From contig CM060732.1 in NCBI GenBank assembly GCA_030704615.1, positions 6,014,001 to 6,078,000 of the forward strand: a stretch of DNA of 64,000 bases, given 5' to 3'. The notes below the pieces were generated by a model, which worked only from the letters and a program-made list of their open reading frames with translations, did no database searches and was not told the origin of the DNA. Positions 1-12,311 of the stretch are shown here, one piece after another; position 1 is the first letter of the stretch, and each line of letters starts with the position of its first letter. Source of the DNA: Takakia lepidozioides. Its lineage: Eukaryota; Plantae; Bryophyta. A program made the translations under genes and the position numbers.

Positions 1-1727
1 GCTGCGTAGCAATCAGGTCAGTAGCAGAGGGGTGGGATTTGTTCAATTCGACGCCCATGATGTTGTTGGAAGATGTCGGAGCAGGCTAGTGGAGCTGGGG
101 GTAGAGCCAGAATCCGGGTCTGGTGGGGGTCTTCAACTGATATACAAGGAATAGCATGCACAAAGAATAACACAGCCCAGATGTGAGATGAGTCTATGGT
201 GTGCAAGGGGGGGTGAGAGAAACATTGTGAGGTAGAAGGGGGGGTTGTTGAGTGAAAGAGTAGGGTGTGAGGTTGGGGTATTTGGCAGCATGGGAGCAGA
301 AGAGTGAAGAACATTGGTGATGGGGCCGGGGGGGTAGTAATCATAGGGGGGTGCATTTGTATGGTGGGGGATAGAGAGTCTGAGTGGGGCAGAGGAGTGA
401 GAGGGCAGATTGGCTGTAGCAATATAGTATAAGGAGAAGGGAGAGTAGTGGTGTGAGACTAGTGCAATGATGTGAAAAGAAGGGGGGGGGGGGGGGGGAG
501 AGGTACCTGTTGAGCTGGTGCGTATGCTCGGGTAATATATCGTACCTGGGAGGGGTGGAGAGGAGAGTTGGTGGGGGGGGGGGCTGGAGGCAGTGCCAAT
601 GGCCCAACCCATCAGGCCAAGCCACCGGCAGCCGAGTACTTTGGTAAATATAGGGGTAGGGATCTGCAGCACAGACCAGGGGAGGGGAGAAAAGAGCTCC
701 AGGTGTCCCGGGTTAATGCAAAGAAAGTTGCCAGACGAGTATGTAGGCAACAAGGGATTAGTAGGAACAGTAGGAATGAGAGGGGATTTGTAGGAGGTGA
801 GGTATGATGACCATACCTAGGGATATGGGTGTATAGTGATAACTTGTATGTCGGGTTTAACTTGAGAGGGAATTGGGGGAGTCCACCAGAAGCCCCTGGT
901 GAGAGATTTGGTCTTGGGGGATTGGGTGTTTTGCAGGCAGCAGGCAGAGGTCAGGCAGGTCCAACATCGCCCAAGCAGCCGATCCAAGAACATGGTTGGT
1001 GTAGCGCCGCCTGAGAATACGATGACTGTGGCAGAGGTGATGAGGGAGCCTGAGCAATAACTGAGGTAGTGTGGTGTAGCTTATCTCGCAACGGGTGCCG
1101 GGGAGAGAAGACCCGGCCATCAGTGGTGAGCTGCTCCCTTGGTAGAGGGCGCACGTGCTCGAATACTACTTCTAGCCGTAGAGAGTGCAACATCCGTAGT
1201 CCGAGTTGTGGGGAGGGGGACCAAGCGGGTGTTGTGGGGTATACAAACCGGTATCATGGGCCCGCTGCAACATCATCTGAGGGGCGCTGTCTGAGTGGAT
1301 GCAACTCCGTATGGTGTTGGCAGTGTAGGACCAGTTACTTTTGAAAAGTAGGTAATAGAGAGGCACCTTAGCTGGTGTGTGTGTAGCGTTGCAGTAGATG
1401 CGTTCCCTCCACTTGATGTGATAGGCCTGGGGCCAAGTATGGTAATCATAGTGAAGCCAGAACATCAGAGATAGTTGACATTGGGTGGCAGATTTACCCC
1501 CCAGGACATGCCTCATGTTGAAATTGATGGGTTGTAAAGCAACAAAGCAAGAGGAAACTATGCAAATAAACTAGGTGAAAAGCAAGGAGAGCCTTGCTCT
1601 TCTTTTATACTGTTTTTGGTCCTAATAAACTAATGAGAAATATTCATTAAACTATTGTAACATTGAAGGATCTATAGTTTAATATTCAACATGGACAATG
1701 AAAGATGGCTTTTCATCCATCCTTATG

Positions 1728-3765
1728 GATGACAGGTTGGCGTAGAAAGATCTGCACACGAAAGCGGAGGAGAAGAGAAAGGAAAGACGTGTCCCTGCTG
1801 GGCCTGAGTCGGCAAAGGACGCTGATGCTCTGGAACAATCCAGAAAGGCAGTTGAGATGGCATAGAAGACGGTGGATGGAGCTGTGCAGGCTCAACAGAA
1901 GGGGTCGAAGAAGAGGACTTGCCAGCAAGGAGCAGTAGTTGTGACACCCAAAAAGACGAAGAAGCAGAAATAGAAAGAGCAGGAAGAGGGTGACGAAGAG
2001 GACTCCGATGGAGACTTTGCAACCAGCCCACCCCCCGAAACGCAGCCAAAATCCCATGTGCCCACCGTTGTCACGAGAGGGACGAGAACAGGCTTAGCCA
2101 AGAAGGCACTCTTCAACCCCCCGGGGGGGCACCCTTTCGAGCCGGTGGAAATGAAGAGGCCAAAAGTGGAGCCACAAACAGTAGTTCAGTGTGTCAATGA
2201 GAGTTTCTTGGCGGCTTTGGACGGACAGACAGCCAAGTTGGCATACATCAAGACCATGGAGGGTCTGAAGGGCAGAGCACTGAAGAAGGCGGCTGAAGCA
2301 GAGCCTTCCAACACCCCTGGGTTTCTGAAGATGGTCTTCTTCTTTGAGAAGGTGTGTGCAGGGAAGGATTGTAGGAGGGGCGGAAAAGCCACCGAGTGGT
2401 CTTGCGATATGATCATCTTGGATATTCCGGACGGAGAGCCCGTGGAAGGACTGCAAAGTTTGCCATCTTGGAACAGGTACTCCGAGGACTTTTGGAAGAA
2501 AGGATTCGGGCTCGCCCGCATGGTGTTGGACGACAGAGGCTGTGTGGTTGTCCTGGCGAGCAGCGGCAAAAACACAGAGACGCGAATTGTGGAGTGGACC
2601 CGCAAGAGCACCGTCCCAATTCTGAAGAAGAAGTGGACGTGCATCAACACATTGGGCCTTCGGTCGGAAGGGAAGAAGGTAATTATGACATTAGCAATCG
2701 TCCTTTCATTTTGTAACCTGTTTTGAAATGTGGTGCCGCATTTGATTTCTAATCGTTCCCCACTGTGTATGCAGACGAAGCAGTTTGATGCATACTGCTT
2801 TGTGAAGGAGAACTCGACCTTTGCTTTCCGGAAGGAGGGATTGTTGGTTGACCCGAACTGCGACCCCATCGATTACAACGTCCTGTTCAACAACGTTCCC
2901 ACGGAACTCCTCCCCCATAGTCTCACTTCAACGGATCCCCTGCGGTATTCACGGACTCGGAGCCCTGACTTCATCCAGACAATTATGGAGGCATGCACTG
3001 ACCTGGAGGGCAGAGTGCTGGACCTCATCTGTGGAACAGGTATGCAGATTCTTGTACTATGTTGTTCTCTGAATTTTCATTCTGTTCAAATTCGTCATGT
3101 GTGAAGGGCCATTTTTCAATGAGTGGATGGCATTGTAACAGGTGCCTCAATGTGGGCTGGGCGATTTTCCGACCGGCACCTCTTTGCCTACGAGGAGGAC
3201 ACATCCGTCTGGGGATCCCATCTAGAAGGGCTTCAACGGAATGTGAAGGCTCCCATCGAAGCCAAAGATTCCTCGGATTCGTCAGACTCGGAGGAAGAGA
3301 CAGTGGACATTGATGCCGAGGAGAACCCGGAATACGAGTGAGTGCAAACATTGTAAGTTTGCAAAGCCTTCTGGGTGATTTTTTGTCAAACGCATTTCCG
3401 GACTGAGGTTCTCATTGGTCTCGTGGGTGATTGTTATGTGCAGGATTCCAGGATCCGGGTCAAAACATGTAGGGCCTACACTTCTTGCCAGGACGAATGT
3501 CCCGTTCTTTGCGAGGGCCGACTTCATGAAGAGCCCGGTGAAGGACTACTCCCTTCCTAGTTATGCAGCTAAACTCGCAAATACAACGATTAGACGATGT
3601 GAGAATCCCAGTAAAGTAGAGCAGATTTTGGAGAGGGCTAGGGAGGACAGAAGGTTAAGGAAAGAGTTGGCAGCAACTCAGACAGATAGACGGGTGCGAA
3701 AGTTCATATGTGATTCAACGGAAGAGAGAGATGCAGACAGGGAGGACGACGACCAACGGAGGTGA
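1728..3765 (+). pseudogene. Spliced beta-class DNA amino-methyltransferase (N4C/N6A, N6_N4_Mtase-like) gene remnant
   Basis: Three GT-AG introns (2679-2774 phase 0, 3040-3141 phase 1, 3338-3443 phase 2) join ORFs 2058-2726, 2730-3104, 3123-3341 and 3415-3765 in frame. The product has a motif IV-like CDMIILDIPDG (DIPD at 2421-2432), then ARMVLDDRGCVVV, then motif X-I-II RSPDFIQTIMEACTDLEGRVLDLICGTG/ASMWAGRFSDRHLFAYEED. This is the beta-class order and spacing. The upstream part of the frame (1728-2057) contains three TAG stops. Confidence 0.8.
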
Positions 3766-4047
3766 TATGGTCGGTTCCGCAAGGGGAAGATGGGATTTTC
3801 GAAAACCTGGCCAACGAGCAGTCCGCTGGACATGAGAAAGGCAATGACGGGGTGGAAGGGGAGCAGGACAGTCAAGGACAGGACGACGATAGTCATGATT
3901 TTCAAGATTGGTAGAATTTTAATTAACTCTCTGTACATTTAAATTCTCTTCCAGAGTATATAAAGGAAATTATCCCCGTCCTTCATGTCCCCTCTCCCAT
4001 GTGCTTCTCAACGACACCATCGTCCAAACCACGTCCCTCCCAAAATC

Positions 4048-5029
4048 GGAAATGCGGCACCGCATTTCCATGTCGGAATGGAAATGTGGGAATTGCAAAA
4101 ACCTCGTTTGGAAATGCGGCACCAAATTTCCAAAACCGGGGCAAGAACAATTTTCCGTTTCCTGGTTTGGACATCAGAAACTGTTCGGCCGAACGGAAAT
4201 GCGGTGCCGCATTTTCGTTTTCGACACGGCAGTTTTAGGGAAATGGAAATGCCACCCCGCATGCAGAGGTCGAACACGTTATTTACATGGCGGACATGGA
4301 AATGGGGTGCCGCATTTCCATTTTAGAGATGGACGTTTTTCCAACTCCAGACCCATCGACGGAAATGCGGCTCCGCATTCCATGATGCTGGACGGGAATG
4401 CGGCACCGCATTCCATTGTCCAATAAGAAATTTTGATGACGTACATGGAAATGCGGCGCCGCATTTCCAGAACGGACATCGTTGTTTGTCCAATTCCAGA
4501 CCCTTGGACGGAAATGCAGCACCGCATTCCATTGTCCAATAAGAAATTTCGATGACGTACATGGAAATGCGGCGCCGCATTTCCAGAACGGACATCGTTG
4601 TTTGTCCAACTCCAGACCCTTGGACGGAAATGGGGCACCGCATTCCATTGTCCAATACGAAATTTTGATGATGGACATGGAAATGCGGTGCTGCATTTCC
4701 AGAACAGACATCGTTGATTGTCCAATTCCAGACCCTTCGACGGAAATGCGGCACCGCATTCCATTGTCCAATAAGAAAATTTGATAACGGACATGGAAAT
4801 GCGGTGCCGCATTTCCAGAACGGACACGGACATGCATTGGCGATTGGACATGCTTGGACAATTCAAGGTCCAATATGGAAATGCGGTGCCGCATTTCCAA
4901 TTCGAAGTATGGTAATGCCATGTCAAGAAATGAAATGCGGTACAACATTTCCGTTACGACCACAACGGAGGAAAAGGAGCTGCCAGAAATTGCTGCATGG
5001 AGAAAAATGAAATGCGGTGTCGTATTTCC
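4048..5029. repeat. Array of 16 copies of the palindrome GGAAATGCGG-NN-CCGCATTTCC, including ~4 tandem 116-bp units
   Basis: Copies start at 4048, 4110, 4195, 4298, 4361, 4394, 4447, 4510, 4563, 4626, 4679, 4742, 4795, 4877, 4931 and 5008. The 116-bp period is 53+63. Confidence 0.95.
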
Positions 5030-5303
5030 GAGCTTGAGCATGTACATGTTTCCTCTTACTCATACATGGATTTCCTTCACCTCAGGACTCTGACATCGCT
5101 GACTCTGGTATATTCATGTGGACAGACACATTGTAGAAATGAGACCACAAATTGTAAACAGTGGGCCAATCACAGCAGTTCTTGAACACAATGAAAAACA
5201 GCACACAGAAGTTAGGTACGATGGGTTGTTTTATTGATCAAACACGGTGTCTCACATTTAGCATTCCGGACAAATCTAAGCCCTTCCGCCTTCTACGTGG
5301 GCG

Positions 5304-5990
5304 TCACCAAGTCGACGGAACTTCGATAGCCCTCAAAACAAGCTCATTACTCAACCGGCACCTCCAGGTAAACTGCAATGCGGTCGTTCTGGTGCCCTTG
5401 GTGGAACTGACGACAATGTCATGCCCATCAATGATACCACCATCATACATTGACAAGCTGACTGTGGGCCTCATGTGCCCGTGCGATTCGTCTTCGCAAC
5501 TCAGCCGAATGTCTCCATACACTGGAAGAGCGGATTGAACTCCACGAATATAGTTTTCTTGGTGCCGTCCTCCCTGGTCCTCTGGCAGTAGTTCCAACGC
5601 CAAAGCGAGGCCGTGCGTGATCTGTCCGGCATCCCATTCCAGCTTGGTATATCGAGGTCAACAATTTTCAGGACCCACGGACTGCATTGACCCTCGCCCT
5701 CACCTCGCTCAAAGCGGTAATAGCCCTCCAAATACTCCATTGCGCGCAAAGACGAAGCGTCTGTGAAAACAGAGAGACAGACAATGATGTCTCCTGATTC
5801 TGGTTTGAACATAGCATAATCGTGGCCATGATAAGGGCAGTCAGCAGGATTGCGGCGGCACGACATCCTTGCAAAATATTAGCGGAGTACGCTCAATGAC
5901 AGCAGCTCCCGGATGGAGGAGGCAGCAGCGCGGTGGCTGGAAGAAGTTCAAGCAAACGCTGCAATTCCTCACTAACACTCCAGGGCACAT
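5304..5990 (-). pseudogene. Orphan protein paralogue A (unknown family), frameshifted
   Basis: ORFs 5501-5866 and 5304-5603 read FARMSC..DCPY..DYAM..SGDI..Y.FERG..SPW..I.D.D.PS..G.P..LS.YDGGIIDGHDIVV..FTWR..ELV, collinear with the 6273-6973 paralogue. The 5' limit is approximate. Confidence 0.65.
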
Positions 5991-6272
5991 TTAAATTTCC
6001 CCCCTACAGGAACCTGCACGGATGAAGATTGGCTGCTCCATGAATGTAGCCGTTTCAGTTTCCTTCCGTACCATGCAAACTATGGGCAGTAAGTGCCAGA
6101 TGGGCCTATAGCCACTCGAGACGACGAAGTCCATCCCCCCTTCGATGTAAATGCGGCGCCGAATTTCCATCCGGGGGATGGACTTCGGTTGCAGATTTCA
6201 AAATATACCCTGTGGATGAGAAAGAGGTATCAGTTCGTCCACCACTGGCGTGATGAACACGTTACACGATGA

Positions 6273-6973
6273 TTGGTGGGTACGTGGGACCCAGATGCTC
6301 CATTATTGGATCCCGCACTTCTCTTCCGCTTCTCATCATTTCGAAAATCTAAGGGCTTCGTTGTTGTCCGCAAGGTCATTGTCATCGACATCAAAGACGT
6401 CCTCAGGTCCTCCTTTGCAAGGATGTCGTGCTTCCGGAACCGGGACGACTGCCCTTATGGAGGCTTCGATTATGCAATGTATTCGGCCACATCGGGAGAC
6501 ATCGTTATCTAGTACACAGTTTACACAGACGATACTGGTTCGAATGTGGAAACATTGTCCGCTTTTGAGTATATCCCAGGCCACTACGCCTTCGAGCGGG
6601 GTGACGATCTTGGTCTGAGGAGTCCGTGGCTCATGCGCATCCTTGATTCCGATTTTCCCAGCTACGACGGGCACCCATACAGAAGAATGTGCACTACTAT
6701 GCTATTGGGGTGGAACTGCTGCCAGTGGACGTGGGTGGACTCCATCGGAGAGACGTATACTCCTGAAGGAGTGCGCTCCTCTTCTCTTATTCGCATTGGT
6801 GTGGACGACGAAAACATGAAGCTTTCCATATTCGATGGTGGTATGATTGAAGGGCATGACATTGTGGTGAACATAAAAGGGGCGGTACAATGGCTGCAAT
6901 CCAGTTTACCTGGAGGAGCCCGATGACTCATGAGCTAGTTTTCAAAGCAGTCAAAGTCCCATTGACAACGTGA
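6273..6973 (+). pseudogene. Orphan protein paralogue B (unknown family), stop and frameshift
   Basis: ORFs 6273-6512 and 6546-6926 plus a frameshifted tail FTWRSPMTHELVFKAVKVP*. Shares all motif blocks with 5304-5990. Confidence 0.65.
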
Positions 6974-7232
6974 CTTGTATTCAGAAGGCACATGGCTAAA
7001 GATTTGTTTGCACACTCAACACAGTAGACGTGCTTCAAAAGCAATTCATGTGGATCAATAAAATCCCCATTGTGCCCTCTTTTTGTTCAATTATGTATCC
7101 ATCGTTCCCAGAATGCATCATTCCTCATTTCGTTTGGGATTGGGAGTGTGGGTTTTTGCAAGTGGCTGGTAGGCTGAAATGGGCCCCCACTGTACAGAGC
7201 AGTACCACCCTACCATTCGCGAAACATTGCCT

Positions 7233-7440
7233 TTCAATATGTAATTCTAAAAAACATTGCCGAACCTCCTTCATTGGGAGGTCCTTCTCCCCCTATGACC
7301 GTGACACCCTGAACCCTATTCCTGCGGACACTCATTTCCGGAAAATAGTCCTGCTCATGTTTTTTTCGACACTTACGACTCTGCTCATGGCTCATGCCGC
7401 TCATGGCTCATGGCTCATGGCTCATGAAATAGCAGCCCCC
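7233..7440 (+). repeat. Shared ~200-bp terminus of the MTase/palindrome element (copy 1)
   Basis: Clearly homologous to 54891-55075. Contains GCTCATG repeats and ends GGCTCATGAAATAGCAGCCCCC, after which the flanks of the two copies diverge. Confidence 0.85.
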
Positions 7441-7941
7441 ACCTTTTCCAGGGCTACTTGGCTGGCACATGCACCAGAATACAAATGAACGGGAGGTTTT
7501 GATACAACTGACAGATTTGTATTATGAATGTTCTTTATATGATATTTTTAAATTTTCAATTGGTTTCGACCATGGAGCCTGGCCAATGACAGAAACACTC
7601 TACTTGAAAAACTGCTATAATCTTGCTTGCTGCATGATTGAACCTCCTACTCCACAAAGCACTCTGCGTTTGACCTGTAACTGAAGAGCTATGCTGCTGA
7701 TTGGAGTGATGTTGCGAGTAGGGGCCCGACCAGTGATCTACACAAGGAAGGGAAATGTTGGTGGAAGGCATCGTTGCAAGGCAGAGCTGCCTGGAGACTA
7801 AATGCTAATCTTGAACCACATGTGACTGCATAATGACCCTGTCTGCAGCAAATTAGCATTGGAAACCAATTAGACTCAAGTCTGGACACCTTGCATACAC
7901 TTGGGAGGCACTAACATCCCCTACTATTCCTTTGTTAGTAG

Positions 7942-8539
7942 TGTCAAGGATGAGAGCATAACTGAACACAAACAAGAGATTAGACTAGAGGTACAAGACT
8001 AGACAAGAAGTCAAGGTCGGCGTGGCCGAATGCATGATGGGTATATATGAATCAAGATGATCTTTATAACAATTGCCAAGAGTACAAGATACTGGAACTT
8101 GACTTGGATATTGGAATGTTGGAAACTGGACTAGAGTACTGGAAGCTGGACTGGAGTACTGGGACTGGAAACAAGAGTAGTTTGAATTTGTGTTGGCGAG
8201 ACTGAAGAGTGTCCAGTCTCGTCTCCTATATATACTGGCTATTAAGAAGTTCTCTAAGAGGCTTCCCCAAAGGAGGTTTCTTGATGGAGAAGTTTCCAAG
8301 GTTAAACAAATGAGGTATCTTGATGGAGAAGTTTCCTCCAAAGGAAGCTTCTTGAGCAGTTTGAAGTTTCTCAAGTTACTCTTGGTAATTTGGTAAATTC
8401 TCGGTAACTTGGTAACTAATGGTAACTTATGATAAATCATGGTAGATCATGGTAGATCACGGTAACTTTTGATAACATGATAACTTGGTAACTTCTGGTA
8501 TTTACTCCTAATAAGTTCCTCTGGGCTATGTCCATGACA
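7942..8539 (-). repeat. 3' LTR of family A copy 1
   Basis: Direct repeat of 13263-13811; TGTCA..TGACA ends. Confidence 0.92.
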
Positions 8540-8691
8540 TCACCCTCTCCTCTAGCACCGAGTTCCTCGAGGAGCGGTAAAATCTTGGACTTGCTTAGAG
8601 TTGGAGAACCTCCCTCCTTAATGTATCATATACACTGAATGTGGAGTCTTCACCTTGAAGCTAACATGGCTGATATCATCGTTGTGACGTT

Positions 8692-11600
8692 TTATTGACG
8701 TGTAGCTCGGGGCTTAGCTGGATATCGTTGATGAAACTCTTGGACTTTGTCAGATGCATTGGCAAGGTTGGATGAAGGTTCCCAAGTTCGTTCGCTGATG
8801 TCGTAGCCTTTCCAATGTACAAAATATTCAAGACGTTTATACTTGATGCGAGAGTCTAAGACTTTGTCGACTTCATACTCGATTTCCTGATTGACTTCGA
8901 TTGGTGGAGGTGGTACGGAGACTATCCCTGGAATATTCGATGGATGATACAACTCCAATAATGAAACATGAAAGACTGGATGGATGCGCATACTTCGTGG
9001 GAATTCAAGCCGAAAACTGACCGGATTTATTTGTCGAATAATTTTGAATGGTCCCAGGCGTTGATAATCCAACTTCCTTGATGGTCGCGAGGTTTGTATG
9101 TCCCGTCGAAGAAGCCACACACGATCTCCGATCTTGAACTGGGGTTGGAGTTGGCGACGTTGATCTGCATACTCCTTGTATTATTTTTGAACTTCTGCGA
9201 GGTGGAATGTAAGGTCCTTGTGAATCGTAGCAAGATGAGTAGCAAGGTTTTAAGTAGCAGGGCTTCCAACAGTCTTCATGTGGAAAGGGTTTACTCGAGG
9301 ATGATGACCATAATTGGAGAAAAATGGAGTTTGCTTGGTCGAAGAATGTATAGTGTTGTTGTAGGCAAACTCAGCCAATGACAGAAAGTCCGTCCAATTA
9401 TCTTGGTGATAATTTATCGTACAGCGAAGATACTGCTCTAAAATCTGGTTTACGCGTTCGGTTTGACCATCAGTCTGTGAATGATTAGTTGTAGAGAGAT
9501 TGATCTTAGTATCCAATATGTGAAATAATCCCCTCCAAAAATTTGATATGAACTGTGGTCCTCGATCAGATACGAAGTCCTTCGGGAGTCCATGAATGCG
9601 GTAGATATTATTGAGGAAGAGTCTTGCAGTTTCCTCATCGGTAACTGTCTTATTACATAGAATGAAATGTGTCATCTTTGTAAAACGATCTACAATAACA
9701 AGGATTGAATCGGTGGTCTTGGAAATTGGAAGGTCCGTAATAAAGTCCATAGACACTGACGACCATGGACCATTGGGAATGGATAATGGTTGAAGAATGC
9801 CGTAAGATCGATGTCGTGGTCCCTTCGCTCTAGCACACGTGTCACAAGATTTTATAAATTCTTTCACGAATTTCCACATCTACGGCCACCAATAGTCCCT
9901 GGATATCAATTCCATTGTTTTGTTGAAGCCGAAATGTCCTGCAGCCGGAAGATCGTGACATGTTTGAAGAATTCGCAGTCGTGTAGGTCCTGGAGGTACA
10001 TAGAGAAGTCCCTTGAAATAAAGTAAGTCATCTTTGAATTCGAAGTCGTTTGTAAATGTGGGTTGTCTCGAGGTCGATTTAGTTGACTTCGTAGTGTCGT
10101 AGCAAATTGCTCGCTCTTCAGTGCTTCCCGAATCTCCTTTATGATCTCTACATCGTCATAGGTGGACATGGATAGCATATTCAATTGGAGATTTGCTGGT
10201 TTCAAGATGATGGATTTCTATTGGTCGAAAGTTGCATCCCTTTTTTTCGGCGCAAGATACGATCATCGAGAAAGAGCATCGGGTTTCCCTTGAAGATGTC
10301 CGGGGCGATAGGTAATAACAAAATCAAACCTTGCTAGTGACATACCCCATCTTGCTTGACGTCGATTCAAAACACGAGCATTCATAAAATATTCGAGGTT
10401 TTTTTATCGGTGTAGACAGTGACCTGATGTTTAGCTCCCTCCAATAAATGACGTCACTCCTCAAAAGCATCAATGATCGCTAGAAGTTCTTTGTCATAGA
10501 TTTCATAATTGATCTCTGCAGTGGAAAATTTGTGAGAACGAAAACCAACAGGGTGAAGTCGGTCATCCGTACTGTATTGAGAGAGTATAGCGCCAAGTGC
10601 AAAGTCTGATGCATCTGCTTAAAAAAAGAATGGTTTAGATGGGTCTGCATGTACCAGTATTGGGGCCGTTGTAAATGTCTGCTTCAGTCTTTAAAATGCC
10701 TGGTCAGCCTTCTCGTCCTATTCAAATTTGTCCTTCTCTGTGAGTCGTGTCAATGGTGCAGCAATTTTGAAGTAGTCTTTGATGAAGATTCTATAGAAAT
10801 TTGCAAATCCTAGAAAACATTGTACATCTCGGACCGAAGTTGGTTTAATCCACTCGATGATGGTTTGTATTTTCTTCTGATCCATAAAGACGTCTTTGTC
10901 GGAAATAATGTAGCCCATAAATTCGACCTCAAATTGATGGAAAAAACATTTTTCCAACTTGGCATATAGTCCTATTTCTCTTAATTTATCAAAGGACGAG
11001 GCGTACATGGCGGCCATGTTCTTCTTCATTCTGTGAAAATATCAAAATGTCGTCCAAATAGATGACTACAAAGTCATTTAAAATTTCTCGAAAGATGTCA
11101 TTCATCATATGTTGGAAAATCGCTGGAGCATTTGTAAGACCGAAAGGCATAACACTGTATTCAAAATGTCCATACCTTGTTCGAAAAGCTGTTTTCCATT
11201 CGTCTCCTTCTTTTATCCGTACAAGGTTATAAGCTCATCTCAAGTCAATTTTGGTGAAAATCTTCGCTCGTCCCAGTTGGTCGAGAAGCCCAGAAATCAG
11301 CGGCAACGGATAACGATTCTTAATTGTGACTTTGTTGAGACCGCGATAGTCCACACACATGCATAATGATCCGTCCTTCTTTTTCACAAACAAGATAGGC
11401 GCCCCCACAGGTGATTTTGAATGTCAAATGAAGTTCTTCGACAAATTTTCATCAATGTACTCACGTAATGCAGCCAATTCCATCTGGGATAAGTTATAGA
11501 TTGGGCCGAATGGTGGTTGGGCTCCTTCTTGTAACTCAATTGCACAGTCATAAGGTCGATGTTCTGGCAATATATCTGTATTTTTCTTCTCGAAGACATC

Positions 11601-12311
11601 CTTGAAATCTTGATATTGAGTAGGTAATGTCGAAGTACCTTTATCTGTTGTGGTCTTGATCGGAATCGCATAAAGTGCAAATGCCGCATCCTTTTTAGTA
11701 GCTCTCATGAAAGCTCTAGCTCCAATGAACAGGGGTTGAATACCTTTGATATTTCTACATTTTCGTCTTGCAAATTTTTTTTGCGATCGCCAGTCGATGT
11801 CAGGATTGTGAAGTACGAACCAGGGAAGTCCAAGGATCACATGATTCGTTGGAGACTAGATGATGTTGAAAACAATATGTGATGTTTGATCTTCAAGCTT
11901 CACTTCAAGTGGTCGAGTTTCATGGTCAACATTTCCTGATGCTAACGGTCGTCCATCGATGATTTCAACGGGGGCCGAGAGTTTTTTCTTTACGAGCGTT
12001 AAATTGTGTTGCTTCGCAAAGTTTTTGTCAATAAAACGTGCTGAAGCCCCTGAGTCCAAAAGTGCTTCTACAGAGATATCTCGATTTTGCACTCTGATTT
12101 TTACCGGAACTGTAAAGCAAGGTGCACAGTCTGGAGGTAGAAAAAGATTTTTTTTTTTTGAGGAATTTGTGGTATCCAGCCGCATGGTCCCTACTGTGAC
12201 TGGACATCTTCGTTTTCTGACCTCCTCGTATCGAACACTTGAGTTGTGCCCCGAGCTTTGAATTTTCTCTTGTTGGGGCAGTTTAATGCTATATGATCTT
12301 CTTCTCCGCAA
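8692..12311 (-). pseudogene. pol (PR-RT-RH-INT-chromodomain) of family A copy 1
   Basis: Fragmented ORFs 11856-12311 (PR), 11424-11840, 10718-11029, 9250-9879 (integrase core) and 8692-9120 (GPF + chromodomain). Confidence 0.9.

Noticed and set aside
1-1520. G-rich plus strand with poly-G runs and Pro-rich minus-strand ORFs
   Set aside because: No recognisable domain; the ORFs are explained by compositional skew.
3983-5093. Many overlapping ORFs with repeated KCGAAFP/EMRHRIS/GNAAPHF peptides
   Set aside because: Artefacts of translating the stop-free palindromic repeat in six frames; the same applies at 51936-52884.
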